DNA of 64,000 bases, taken from the IMG/VR virus record IMGVR_UViG_3300032315_001401, positions 1 to 64,000 of that record; one strand, 5' to 3'. The notes under the pieces are model-generated. The model saw only the letters and a program-made list of their open reading frames with translations. It was not told where the DNA came from and did not search any database. Numbering within the stretch: the stretch's first letter is position 1; every line of letters starts with the position of its first letter. A program made the position numbers and the translations under genes. Source of the DNA: a virus. Below are positions 19,056-28,771 of this stretch, in pieces.

Positions 19056-20546
19056 TTACTTAATAATTAAAAGAATGTTATTGTCAATTTTGTTATTTGG
19101 ATTTGGCAACTTTAGAAGTTTCATGTAATCTAAAGAATACTCACTTTCTAAACTTGAAAGAATATTCTCAAATGAATTGAATGTAGAAATTGTTAGATCC
19201 TCAATAATGAAGATGCCACCTTTTTTAAGTTTGTGAATTGATTCTTTTAAAAAATTCAAATTAGATATAAACTCATGTTTACCATCATCCATAATCACAT
19301 CAAAATGTAAATCTTTCAATTTATCATCATTCCACATATTTTGAATTGACGATACATCATCTTGATTGCAGTAAAAACATTCCACATCAAGATCTTGAAC
19401 CCTTAAAAAAGTTTCCTTATCAACATCGGCAGCAAAAATTTTAGCTTTTGAAAAATACTCTCTCCAACTATGAACTGATGCTCCATGATAAATTCCTACT
19501 TCCAAAAAATTAATTTCATCTTCTCGTAGATGTTGAAAGAAATAGTTGTAAAGAGGAGAATAATTATGCCAATCAGAACTTTTATCAGATCCGTGTTTTT
19601 TAAGTATCTTACACAAATCAGTTTCTTCAGATAATTTGACCGGATTCAAAAATGATATAATATCATTTTCAGTAATTTCAACTGATAAATTTTCCATATA
19701 AGTTAGTAACTCAGTATTTTTAAGTTCACTTATTCCAGTGAAATGATAGTTGTCGTTATTTACACCGCTCCAAAGAAATGGTCTATTTTCGTATCTTAAA
19801 ACTCTATATAAAAAAGAAAATCTTGGAAATGTTCTGGGTAACTTCCCATCCAATATGTATTTATAGACTAAACAATTGAGAACATCTTGGTCTCCACAAG
19901 ACCACTGAAATTCTGGATCTGGATTGTAATTGGGACTTTTGGCAATTAGATTTTTATTTTTACATAACTCAAGATACTCTGAAATAAATTTTCTACCAAA
20001 TTCATTGTTTCTTACTAACACTCTTGCTGCGTTAATAAGATGAGAATTTTTTACTATACGTTTTTCAGATTCAGTAAAGAAATAATCTAAAGTATATTCT
20101 TTTACACAAGACTTCACATAACAACCTTCCCGTTCCATCTGAAACCAAATATCTGTACCATTTTCAAATAATAAATTTTTTGACAATGATTCGATATTTT
20201 CCCAATCACTTTGCCAATACTGTTGATTTTTAATGAAGTTCCCATCATGATACAATAATAAGGAATCTTCTGGAATATTTTTTAATGTGTAATCAATTAA
20301 AAAAGGTTTAAAATCAAAGTATCCAAAATGATGAACATTTGCATTTTGATCTAATGGTTCATCATAACTATTGCAGATGTCTTCACTATTTGGAAGATCC
20401 TTCAAAGTTTTTTTGTTATAAAGAAAAATTTGATCAAAATATGGAGTCAAATTTTTTTGTATTTCTTCAGCAACTGAAGATAAGGAAAAACCTTCATCAT
20501 AAGGTTCTCCTTCAGAATAAAATGATAAAAAATACATAACTATCAA
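19056..20546 (-). CDS. Two-domain protein: GT-like N-terminus fused to a SAM methyltransferase
   Basis: N-half FDFKPFLI, LLYHDG, DQDVLN; C-half HGSDK..WHNY, LEVGI, DVIMDDGKH, GGIFIIED. Confidence 0.7.
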   Translation of the reverse strand: MIVMYFLSFYSEGEPYDEGFSLSSVAEEIQKNLTPYFDQIFLYNKKTLKDLPNSEDICNSYDEPLDQNANVHHFGYFDFKPFLIDYTLKNIPEDSLLLYHDGNFIKNQQYWQSDWENIESLSKNLLFENGTDIWFQMEREGCYVKSCVKEYTLDYFFTESEKRIVKNSHLINAARVLVRNNEFGRKFISEYLELCKNKNLIAKSPNYNPDPEFQWSCGDQDVLNCLVYKYILDGKLPRTFPRFSFLYRVLRYENRPFLWSGVNNDNYHFTGISELKNTELLTYMENLSVEITENDIISFLNPVKLSEETDLCKILKKHGSDKSSDWHNYSPLYNYFFQHLREDEINFLEVGIYHGASVHSWREYFSKAKIFAADVDKETFLRVQDLDVECFYCNQDDVSSIQNMWNDDKLKDLHFDVIMDDGKHEFISNLNFLKESIHKLKKGGIFIIEDLTISTFNSFENILSSLESEYSLDYMKLLKLPNPNNKIDNNILLIIK

Positions 20547-21541
20547 TAATTTACTACTTCAAGTAATTCTTTGACTCTATTTACATAAGTGTGATTATCT
20601 TTAACAAATAACATTTGAGATTTAATTAAGTCATAATTTTCTCTTTCTTTTTCGGCATCAAAAAAGAGTTGATAAGTGTCTTCATTATAAATGATATTAC
20701 CATCAAAAAATTCATAAACTGGTTTTGAATTAGTAATTCCTAGTTGACCATAACTGATATTTTTAAAATTCCTACATGGGATATACCCCCATTCTTTGAA
20801 TGCATTATGTCTAACATCTGGAGCAAGATATGACTTTTGAATTACAATCTTTTGATCTTCAAATGATTGGGGACTAATCCATGGACAATTATATTTGAAT
20901 TCAATTCCATTTTCCTCACATGCCCGAATAAAAGGATTCAGATAAATTAAATTATCATACTCTGGCGGTGCTGGTCTACAATCTTTTGGACCACCTTGAC
21001 CACCGCCAATTGTTCCTGCAAAGAAAACATAATTTTCTTTAGAAATGAATCGATCTTCAATATTAATTTGATCGGGTAATAAATCAGTTGCCCAAGTTGT
21101 ATATAAGCAATCATAATCTGATCCTTTTTCAAAGTAACAACCTGACCCAATTTTAGTTGCTTTAGTTCTATTTAGAGTGTAATTATAATTTTTATCAGTC
21201 CACTTATTTGCATTGTATCTTACATCAATCAATCTACCAACTTTACCAAGATAAGCAGCGGCACCAGGGTTACCTTCTACACGATTATCTTTATTGCCAA
21301 TATAATGTACTGCATAAGTGGAATTACTAAACAGTGGAATATTTGGATTTCCAATTACTGCCCATTGTTCCGTAAAAATTAATGCGTCATTAAACAATTG
21401 TGGATCAAAGTTATCTGTTCCATCAAGCCAATATGTTTCATATCCAAGTGCTTTAAAAGCATTAAAATACCCAGCATGGATATATGAATGTGTATGAGAA
21501 TATAATTTATATCCCCATATAATAACCCTCTTATGTTTCAA
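20543..21541 (-). CDS. Putative GT-B glycosyltransferase
   Basis: HTHSYIH, YIPCRNFKNISYG, HTYVNR C-terminus. Confidence 0.6.
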   Translation of the reverse strand: MKHKRVIIWGYKLYSHTHSYIHAGYFNAFKALGYETYWLDGTDNFDPQLFNDALIFTEQWAVIGNPNIPLFSNSTYAVHYIGNKDNRVEGNPGAAAYLGKVGRLIDVRYNANKWTDKNYNYTLNRTKATKIGSGCYFEKGSDYDCLYTTWATDLLPDQINIEDRFISKENYVFFAGTIGGGQGGPKDCRPAPPEYDNLIYLNPFIRACEENGIEFKYNCPWISPQSFEDQKIVIQKSYLAPDVRHNAFKEWGYIPCRNFKNISYGQLGITNSKPVYEFFDGNIIYNEDTYQLFFDAEKERENYDLIKSQMLFVKDNHTYVNRVKELLEVVNY

Positions 21542-22281
21542 AATGATACTCCCAAATCAATTGATTTTGTTTTAATTTTATTGTTTTTTAGATGATCTCT
21601 AAGTAACAGTTCAACACACCAAATATTTTCTTTAGACATTACTTGGTGATAAACTGGTTCAAAATGATAATAAAGTGTGCTCCAAACATTCATGATTTTG
21701 GGAGATCCCATTCCAAACCAATCACTAATCATATCCAATGGTTGATTTAGATTTTGATGATATAAGACATTTGAATCAAACTCAAAATTTGAAAAGTCCA
21801 ATCTAATCGAAGGACTTACATCATATCTCATAGTAATGACTACATCATACTTTACATTATTCTCAATAGAATAATTTTCTCTGAGAAAATTAACCATCAT
21901 CTTACTGTAACATTGACTGTGACATCTGTCAACAGTATATTTCTCAAAAAACTCTATTCCATTTGGATCATTTAAACCATAATCAAAACACCTTTTAATA
22001 TTTTCCTCTGTAACTTTTATATTAGAATTTTCCCAATGTTTTGGTTTTTCAAAACAAAAACCTTTTGGATTATAAACATCTAAAAGTTTTTTATCAATAT
22101 CAATTTCAGAAGATCTTCCCCAATGACCAGGTGTTCTTTTACCAAAATCTAAATTAGCAGAATCATACCAACAATGTAAAAAAACATCTACATCGTTGCC
22201 ATTTATGGTAGTCTCTTTAACTCTTTGAGAAGTTTGTATAGCATTCCTTGGTTGACCAGACAAACATAATGCGATTTTCAT
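21538..22281 (-). CDS. Glycan-locus hypothetical protein
   Basis: MKIALCLSGQPR, DVFLHCW, YDVVITMRYD, SDWF. Confidence 0.6.
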   Translation of the reverse strand: MKIALCLSGQPRNAIQTSQRVKETTINGNDVDVFLHCWYDSANLDFGKRTPGHWGRSSEIDIDKKLLDVYNPKGFCFEKPKHWENSNIKVTEENIKRCFDYGLNDPNGIEFFEKYTVDRCHSQCYSKMMVNFLRENYSIENNVKYDVVITMRYDVSPSIRLDFSNFEFDSNVLYHQNLNQPLDMISDWFGMGSPKIMNVWSTLYYHFEPVYHQVMSKENIWCVELLLRDHLKNNKIKTKSIDLGVSF

Positions 22282-23267
22282 AAAGAAATTTCCTTCACAA
22301 CTTTTTTAATTAAAGATTCAATGCTTGTATTAGGTTCCCACCCTAAAAGTTCTTTCGCTTTTTCATAGGATCCTTTAGAATATTTATTGGTTTCTTTAGC
22401 AACAATTTTTTTATCTAAAGGATATTCTCCAGTAAATAATTCCGGATAGTTGTCCCAAAGTTTTGAAGATTCTCTATAAACTGCTTTAATATCCGTATTA
22501 AAAACTTCGCAAATACAATTTGCAATTTGATTTACGGAAACAAGAGTCCCGGTACAAACATTAAAAGTATCATCGGGTTTTTTATCCAAACATATATCAA
22601 TCAATTTAACCACATCATCAACATGAATATAATCTCTCTTTTGTTCGCCATCAGAATGCAATATTGGAGAATTGTTGTTTAGAATTTCTCTGACAATGTA
22701 ATTAATAAGTGGTGGATGTTTTCTATGAATATCTTGTCTTGGACCAAATACATTAAAAAATCTAAGAGTACTAATAGGCATATTATAATTAATTCGATAT
22801 GATTCGCATACCTCTTCTGCCATCTTCTTAGATAAAGAGTACCATAATCTTGGATTTATTTCTAAATCTTCAGTAAATACTTTCTCTTTATTATTTTCAT
22901 AAACAGCACTGGTGCTGGCAAAAATTACATGCGGAACTTTCCACTTTCTTGCACACTCAAGAATGTTCATCGTTCCGGAGACATTCACATTGATTGTATC
23001 GACAGCGTTAGTTTCACAATCAGGAAGAGCAGTGATAGCGGCAAGATGAATAATACAGTCATATTCATCCTTAAGTAGTTCTACAATATTTAAATTGGAA
23101 ATACTTAGATTATAAAACTTTCCAAAAGTTTCACCATTAATCGTTAGATTTTCTAGATACCCATTTCTTAAATTATCAATAAGTGTAAGCGTATGACCTT
23201 TTTTAAAGAGATAATATCCTAAAGTAGATCCTATTCCACCAGCAGCACCAGTTAAAAGTATTTTCAA
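22278..23267 (-). CDS. NAD-dependent nucleotide-sugar epimerase/dehydratase
   Basis: LTGAAGGIGS, FASTS, YSLSK, LRFFNVFG. Confidence 0.92.
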   Translation of the reverse strand: MKILLTGAAGGIGSTLGYYLFKKGHTLTLIDNLRNGYLENLTINGETFGKFYNLSISNLNIVELLKDEYDCIIHLAAITALPDCETNAVDTINVNVSGTMNILECARKWKVPHVIFASTSAVYENNKEKVFTEDLEINPRLWYSLSKKMAEEVCESYRINYNMPISTLRFFNVFGPRQDIHRKHPPLINYIVREILNNNSPILHSDGEQKRDYIHVDDVVKLIDICLDKKPDDTFNVCTGTLVSVNQIANCICEVFNTDIKAVYRESSKLWDNYPELFTGEYPLDKKIVAKETNKYSKGSYEKAKELLGWEPNTSIESLIKKVVKEISL

Positions 23268-24322
23268 TGTAAAAACTCCTTTAAATTGTCACTATTTCTT
23301 GGCAAGTTAATCGCTTCACATGACGGATATGGATTACTTTTTGCAAAATCATTGATAATAACTCGCTTACAATGTGGCAAACCCATAATCAATTCATCAT
23401 ATAAAATCTTCTTGTCTTCTAATTCAGAAACTGTTATGTCTCTCATATTTTTAGGTCTACTTGTTGTCAAAACTATTTTGACTTTACCTGCTTGATGCAA
23501 TGAGTTTAAATAGTCAATATTATCCTGCAAAGCATCTGCATTACCAATATATGGTGGGAAATGAACTGAAGAGTTTGTGACTAGAGTACCATCAATATCA
23601 ACGAACAAACATTTGTATTGGGACTTGTATTTGTTCCAAGCATTAAGTGTTCCCCAATCTTTAAAATTTGATGTTTTAGTTCCATAAAATGTTGAACCAG
23701 ATAACATCATCTCAAAAATAATATAACTAATATAACACTCACCTTCCATATCTTGCAGTTTTTCATAAGTAGCACAAAACTCTCTTGTATCTGTAAATCC
23801 ATAACCACCGCTGGAAAAGGTAGAACTAACAACATGTTTTTCAACAATATTAGTTATCATTTGATTAATATCAAGCTCTATGTAACTTTTTGTACGAGCA
23901 TTAATATCATCCATATCATTTAAATCAAAATATGCAACTTGATTTTTTTCATTATTTAATTCACATTCATAATATCCATCAGAATCTTTGATGAATATAA
24001 ACCCCGACAATTGACTATTCTTCAAAAAATTATAAACGGTTTCAGATTGTGATTTAGTTTGTTCTGGTAACAAAACTATTTTTGACTTTTCATATAATCC
24101 AAGATTATTAAGTTCTGAAGTAAAACCTTTCATGAACTCATATTTATCTTCATGTTCTTGCAAACAAATAAAATAAATATGATCAAAAAAATTTAAGTTA
24201 AGACCAAGAATAGATTCTGTTACCATAAACCTATTAGTCATTGGATGTGTAAGCATCCACTTGGGTCTCATATTTGGGAAACGGCTAGACCGTCCCGCCA
24301 TAGGAATTATTAAAGTTCGCAT
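23264..24322 (-). CDS. Nucleotidyltransferase fused to a HAD-type phosphatase
   Basis: IIPMAGRSSRF...PKW; C-terminal FVDIDGTL and LTTSR. Confidence 0.85.
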   Translation of the reverse strand: MRTLIIPMAGRSSRFPNMRPKWMLTHPMTNRFMVTESILGLNLNFFDHIYFICLQEHEDKYEFMKGFTSELNNLGLYEKSKIVLLPEQTKSQSETVYNFLKNSQLSGFIFIKDSDGYYECELNNEKNQVAYFDLNDMDDINARTKSYIELDINQMITNIVEKHVVSSTFSSGGYGFTDTREFCATYEKLQDMEGECYISYIIFEMMLSGSTFYGTKTSNFKDWGTLNAWNKYKSQYKCLFVDIDGTLVTNSSVHFPPYIGNADALQDNIDYLNSLHQAGKVKIVLTTSRPKNMRDITVSELEDKKILYDELIMGLPHCKRVIINDFAKSNPYPSCEAINLPRNSDNLKEFLH

Positions 24323-25112
24323 ATAACTTTGATGATTTTACCATTATATCAAGTATACTTCTTTGATGGGAAAAAGTCAAGTAGGGTTCAATTCTAAGAC
24401 TATTCAGTGCTTCCAAAATATCAAACTCATCAGTATCAATAAACTTAGAGTATCTACAATAAAGTTGATTCCAGATATGTTTATAAATTTGCTCTATCCT
24501 ATTTGATTGTATGTTTTGAGTTTTGATGCTCCAGAGATGATAAAGATCTTGTTTCAATTTAACAAGATCGGAAATAAAACTATCAACATAACAATCAAGA
24601 AAATCAATAAAAAATAATCTATTTTTATGAAAAATAATATTATTAAAGGTTAAATCTCCATGACAAAAAGTTTTAGGAACATAGACATTTTGCTTTTTAA
24701 TTAAAAGTTCAATGTATTCCAAATAATTTTCATAGCAAGTTTTATTTTTTAAAACTTTAATTTTTTCATCAATATTTGATTGAACATTAATCAATCGATA
24801 ATTTAAAATAAGAGAATCAAAATATTCAAATAAAGTATCAATAACAAATTCTATGTCCTTAATAGAAGATGTGGAAAAAAATTCCACAAAAGATTTTCCA
24901 GGAATGTATTCCATATCAAAATACTCATCCCGAATATTATGAACTTTGGGGGTATCTACATTCTTTAAAATTCTACGAGAAAATAAAACTTGTTTATTAA
25001 CCTGCAAAGAAAGTCTTGAGTTATAACTAATTGATGAAGAATACTTTCTAAGTACTCTACTATCAATTAATTCAAGTTTACATCCAGATAACCCTACAGA
25101 AAAATCTAACAT
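24285..25112 (-). CDS. APH/choline-kinase-like phosphotransferase
   Basis: GLSG, CHGDLTFNNII, FIDFLD. Confidence 0.85.
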   Translation of the reverse strand: MLDFSVGLSGCKLELIDSRVLRKYSSSISYNSRLSLQVNKQVLFSRRILKNVDTPKVHNIRDEYFDMEYIPGKSFVEFFSTSSIKDIEFVIDTLFEYFDSLILNYRLINVQSNIDEKIKVLKNKTCYENYLEYIELLIKKQNVYVPKTFCHGDLTFNNIIFHKNRLFFIDFLDCYVDSFISDLVKLKQDLYHLWSIKTQNIQSNRIEQIYKHIWNQLYCRYSKFIDTDEFDILEALNSLRIEPYLTFSHQRSILDIMVKSSKLYANFNNSYGGTV

Positions 25113-25894
25113 TAAAAATATTGCTGTATTTTAAAAAGATTATGATCTATACCATGAGTAAATAACAATCTATAAAATCTCCCAAAATTATCAGCAAAAT
25201 GATTACCAACATCTTGGATGGTTTTCTTTTCATCATTATCTAAAAGATAATCCCAAGATTTTGAACTTGGATGAAATCTTTCTAACAAATACTTATAAAC
25301 ATCTATTGGATGTCTTTGTATTAAGTTTTTACTTACAGAAAAGCAATGTGCATGGTCGAAGGCATAAACTTTTCCAGGAAGATTGCTCCTATCTGGAAAA
25401 ATATGGTTGTACCAATCTTCAAATACTTCCCATCTCTTTGCTCTGCCATCAAAATTAAATGGATTGCCAGTTACATATGGACTATCTACATTAATATAAG
25501 TATCTCCCAATATTTCTTTTAAATGCAAATTGTCATTATTGTACCAAATATATGATCGCAATCCAGATCCAACTTCGCAATAGTCGTAATTTGCACAATT
25601 ATCAAGTAAGTAATAAAAATTTATACCTTGCTCTTTCCAATTAATTTTTGTAAATAGTGTATGGTCAGGAAGAATAGAATAATTATCTACAATATAACTT
25701 AAAAAAGCATAATCAGATTTCCCATAATTTGGTATTAAAATTTGATTTTCAACTATTTTATTCTCACCTATTTTTAGATCATCAGATTTTTTATAAACGA
25801 CTAAATTATAATTTTTTTGATGGACCAGATTATCCCAATCCAATTTATAAAAATCATTATAATAAGAAGTTATTACATTTATATTATTTTTCAT
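25112..25894 (-). CDS. DUF3431-like glycan-locus protein
   Basis: VVYKK, IPNYGKSDYAFLSYIVDNY..LPD, CFSVSKNLI. Confidence 0.6.
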   Translation of the reverse strand: MKNNINVITSYYNDFYKLDWDNLVHQKNYNLVVYKKSDDLKIGENKIVENQILIPNYGKSDYAFLSYIVDNYSILPDHTLFTKINWKEQGINFYYLLDNCANYDYCEVGSGLRSYIWYNNDNLHLKEILGDTYINVDSPYVTGNPFNFDGRAKRWEVFEDWYNHIFPDRSNLPGKVYAFDHAHCFSVSKNLIQRHPIDVYKYLLERFHPSSKSWDYLLDNDEKKTIQDVGNHFADNFGRFYRLLFTHGIDHNLFKIQQYF

Positions 25895-25898
25895 TAGA

Positions 25899-26069
25899 TT
25901 AGAAATTATCTAAATTATATTTTTCAACATCACTCTGATCTCTCAAATCAAAATGAGTTCTTGGGGCAGAATAGATATTTTTATATCCTTTAGCAATTAA
26001 ATTTCTTACAATCGCAGATCCTACAAGACCTCGATTACCCGCAACAAATATTTTACTATCACTGTCCAT
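25899..26069 (-). pseudogene. fcl: 5' fragment of GDP-L-fucose synthase
   Basis: [24 protein letters not shown]...FDLRDQSDVEKY then stop after 56 aa; directly after gmd; the full enzyme is about 310 aa. Confidence 0.85.
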
Positions 26070-27063
26070 AAATGCACATGTCCTCAATCAATTGGTCAAA
26101 TGTAATTTTAGGTTCCCATCCTAATTGTGTTTTTGCCTTCGTGGCATCCCCTAATAAGGTTTCTACTTCAGCGGGTCGAAAATATTTAGGGTCAACCATT
26201 ACACGCACTAAACCAGTATTCTTATCAACTCCAACTTCTTCTCCAGCGTCAGTAAACTGCCATTCAATATTCATTCCAAAGTAAGGTGCTGCTTTTTCAA
26301 CAAACTCACGCACAGAGTATTGCTCTCCAGTAGCAATCACGTAATCTTCTGGAGTTTCCTGCTGCAACATCAACCACATTGCTTCAGCGTAATCTTTTGC
26401 GTGACCCCAGTCTCTTTTGGCATTTAGATTGCCAAGTTTGAGGACATTCTGAAGTCCAACTGACATTCTTGAGAGACCTCTTACAATTTTTCTGGTAACA
26501 AAAGTTTCACCACGACGGGGAGATTCATGATTAAAAAGAATTCCTGTGCAGGCATACATTCCATATGCTTCACGATAGTTTTTAGTAATCCAGTAGGCAT
26601 AGAGTTTTGCTACCCCATAAGGAGAACGGGGATAAAAGGGCGTAGTCTCCTTTTGTGGTGTCTCCTGAACTAATCCGTAGAGTTCGCTTGTAGATGCTTG
26701 ATAAATTCTTACCTTATCTTCCATACCCAAGAGACGAACTGCCTCAAGAATACGGAGAGTTCCAACAGCATCAACATCAGCAGTGTATTCAGGCATCTCA
26801 AAGGATACCTTTACATGACTTTGAGCACCTAGATTATAAATCTCATCTGGTTGAACTTGCTGAATCACTCTTACAAGGTTTGTAGCGTCAGTAAGATCCC
26901 CATAATGAAGATGAAGTTGGGAATAGATATGATCAATTCTATGAGTATTAATGAGTGAGGCACGACGAATAATTCCATGCACTTCATATCCTTTTTCTAA
27001 AAGAAGTTCGGCAAGATATGATCCATCTTGACCAGTAATTCCAGTAATTAAAGCAACTTTCAT
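26059..27063 (-). CDS. gmd: GDP-mannose 4,6-dehydratase
   Basis: [51 protein letters not shown]. Confidence 0.97.
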   Translation of the reverse strand: MKVALITGITGQDGSYLAELLLEKGYEVHGIIRRASLINTHRIDHIYSQLHLHYGDLTDATNLVRVIQQVQPDEIYNLGAQSHVKVSFEMPEYTADVDAVGTLRILEAVRLLGMEDKVRIYQASTSELYGLVQETPQKETTPFYPRSPYGVAKLYAYWITKNYREAYGMYACTGILFNHESPRRGETFVTRKIVRGLSRMSVGLQNVLKLGNLNAKRDWGHAKDYAEAMWLMLQQETPEDYVIATGEQYSVREFVEKAAPYFGMNIEWQFTDAGEEVGVDKNTGLVRVMVDPKYFRPAEVETLLGDATKAKTQLGWEPKITFDQLIEDMCIYGQ

Positions 27064-27083
27064 ATATCAAAGTCTTTTATACT

Positions 27084-27118
27084 ATTATACCAAAAAAGGA
27101 GAGTTTATGCAACTCTCC
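27084..27118 (-). promoter_or_regulatory. Terminator hairpin overlapping a sigma70 promoter for gmd
   Basis: GGAGAG...CTCTCC plus U-run containing TTGCAT-N17-TATAAT. Confidence 0.75.
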
Positions 27119-27121
27119 CAT

Positions 27122-27260
27122 TAGGTCTTTCATGCACGCCACTTGCCCTTTGACTGGAGGCAAGAAACCAGGCGGGAGTAACCTCCATCCGCACCAGTCG
27201 GCATATTTAATGTCCAATCCGACGAGGACAAAATGGGTCATTGGCTCCACCACCTAGTTT
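27122..27260 (-). ncRNA. Structured RNA upstream of gmd, probably manA-type (wcaG-type not excluded)
   Basis: Non-coding gap with helices GTCC/GGAC, GACTGG/CCAGTC, CTTGCC/GGCAAG; sequence style recalled from cyanophage motifs; not searched. Confidence 0.55.
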
Positions 27261-27487
27261 GTCTTAACTAGGAAAAGATGTACAACTTTTGATATCTCAG
27301 AAATACCAAAGAATGCACAAAGGAATAAAACATCCCAGAGTTTAAGTTTAATTGCAAAAGGTACTGTGAGTAATCCCCCAATACTTTTTAAAATTAAACC
27401 ATATTTAAAATCTCCCCACAACATAGTTTGATAACCAATAATGAGAAGAAAGTTGCCAAGATATCTTAAGACACTTGTTTTAGACAT
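27254..27487 (-). CDS. Small membrane protein
   Basis: 77 aa hydrophobic ORF. Confidence 0.6.
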   Translation of the reverse strand: MSKTSVLRYLGNFLLIIGYQTMLWGDFKYGLILKSIGGLLTVPFAIKLKLWDVLFLCAFFGISEISKVVHLFLVKTN

Positions 27488-27532
27488 AAGGGGTTTGCTC
27501 CCGACCAGTGCGCGTTTATAGTCATCCCGAGA

Positions 27533-27784
27533 CTAATCATCTCCTTTCACATAAGCAGGAACCGTATCAGGATCTAACCAGCAAGTGTAGTTATGGTCCT
27601 CCATTGCAGTCATAAGTTGCATTTCATTATCCAAAAGATACATATCTCGGTATCTTCCAGTATAAGAATCTACTTTTTGAATACGATAGTCAGGTTTGCC
27701 ATTGATTTCTAGGATGCCACATTGAATATAGCGATATGGAAACCGCTCCAGAAGAACGGTTGGTTTCCTAATAACTTTCATCAA
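27533..27784 (-). CDS. Hypothetical protein
   Basis: 83 aa ORF, operon overlap. Confidence 0.65.
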   Translation of the reverse strand: MMKVIRKPTVLLERFPYRYIQCGILEINGKPDYRIQKVDSYTGRYRDMYLLDNEMQLMTAMEDHNYTCWLDPDTVPAYVKGDD

Positions 27785-27996
27785 GCAACCTCTACGGTTT
27801 CAAGATCTTGAGCAACATACTCCATAAGCATTTCATAGTCGTCAAGGGGGTCACCCGAAAATACAACCCCTACATTTTCATAGTAACGGCGCACCTTTTT
27901 ATAAAGTTTCGGATTCTTTACATCAAGGTAGATTTCCCCGTTAGCAGCAAGACGAAGAGTGCTAACATCTTTCTTGAATTTTGAGATCAGAGACAT
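27781..27996 (-). CDS. Hypothetical protein
   Basis: 71 aa ORF after a consensus promoter. Confidence 0.65.
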   Translation of the reverse strand: MSLISKFKKDVSTLRLAANGEIYLDVKNPKLYKKVRRYYENVGVVFSGDPLDDYEMLMEYVAQDLETVEVA

Positions 27997-28019
27997 TGTT
28001 TTGTTTTGTTTGCTCTAGT

Positions 28020-28048
28020 ATTATAAGGTGTTTGAGACTTTATGTCAA
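28020..28048 (-). promoter_or_regulatory. Sigma70 promoter
   Basis: TTGACA-N17-TATAAT. Confidence 0.88.
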
Positions 28049-28072
28049 GTGTGCCAGTGAAGAAACTGGCAA

Positions 28073-28144
28073 TCCAGAAGGTTGGGATCGAACCAACGTC
28101 TTCACCGCCCCAAACGGTGCCGTCTACCGCTGACTTACTCCTGG
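28073..28144 (-). tRNA. tRNA-Pro(TGG), copy 1
   Basis: Anticodon arm CACCG-TTTGGGG-CGGTG, T-loop TTCGATC. Confidence 0.9.
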
Positions 28145-28152
28145 TTACACCG

Positions 28153-28269
28153 TTATTTAGTTCGGTGTATAAGCATTATACCCATAATCGGGGCAACTGT
28201 CAACCCTGCCCCACAAATACCTAACCATATAGGACTTGCTGCCAGTGTCTCTACAATATGAAAAATCAT
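28153..28269 (-). CDS. 38-aa membrane peptide
   Basis: MIFHIVETLAASPIWLGICGAGLTVAPIMGIMLIHRTK; start overlaps the upstream stop. Confidence 0.5.
   Translation of the reverse strand: MIFHIVETLAASPIWLGICGAGLTVAPIMGIMLIHRTK
28175..28203 (-). promoter_or_regulatory. Sigma70 promoter for tRNA-Pro
   Basis: TTGACA-N17-TATAAT. Confidence 0.85.
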
Positions 28270-28451
28270 ATTCCTCTCCAATTCTTATATTCATAATGGA
28301 AGTATTGATCAACAGTATCGTCTAATGGGGCATCCACTCCCCATTCAGACCATTCTCTACAAAACTGTTTGATGTGATTATCATTCAAGACATGTCTGCC
28401 ATAAGACCTTACAAAGCAAGTCATAGCAAAACTATATCTTTGCTTATCCAT
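28266..28451 (-). CDS. Hypothetical protein
   Basis: 61 aa ORF. Confidence 0.6.
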   Translation of the reverse strand: MDKQRYSFAMTCFVRSYGRHVLNDNHIKQFCREWSEWGVDAPLDDTVDQYFHYEYKNWRGI

Positions 28452-28530
28452 ATGCGTGTGTAAGACTCCACTGAATGAAGAATGAAATTAGTCCAAAAAG
28501 AACACAGGCAACTATAAGTGTGTTAGTCAT
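28444..28530 (-). CDS. 28-aa membrane peptide
   Basis: MTNTLIVACVLFGLISFFIQWSLTHAYG; overlaps both neighbours. Confidence 0.5.
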   Translation of the reverse strand: MTNTLIVACVLFGLISFFIQWSLTHAYG

Positions 28531-28675
28531 TCTTATCTCCAAGATACTTTGCGAGAGGATCTTTTTTGGTTTTGACTATTTCACACGATCTTCGGTAAAA
28601 CGTATTATCAGTATTACCGGACTTTTCAAAGGTTGCTTTAATTTTCACCCAATTCTGGTAAGTGTGGTCATCCAT
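28523..28675 (-). CDS. Small hypothetical protein (50 aa)
   Basis: MDDHTYQNWVKIKATFEKSGNTDNTFYRRSCEIVKTKKDPLAKYLGDKND. Confidence 0.6.
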   Translation of the reverse strand: MDDHTYQNWVKIKATFEKSGNTDNTFYRRSCEIVKTKKDPLAKYLGDKND

Positions 28676-28771
28676 TGGGAATTTAGTTTGATACTACTAG
28701 TTATGCTAGTAAGTATTTTGGGAATGTCAAGTTTGTGTGGATTTGATGATAGTGTTTAAGAAAATATTAAA

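Noticed and set aside
9692-27063. DNA hypermodification role for the glycosyltransferases
   Set aside because: Families are surface-glycan types; no hydroxymethylase or base-modification genes in the window
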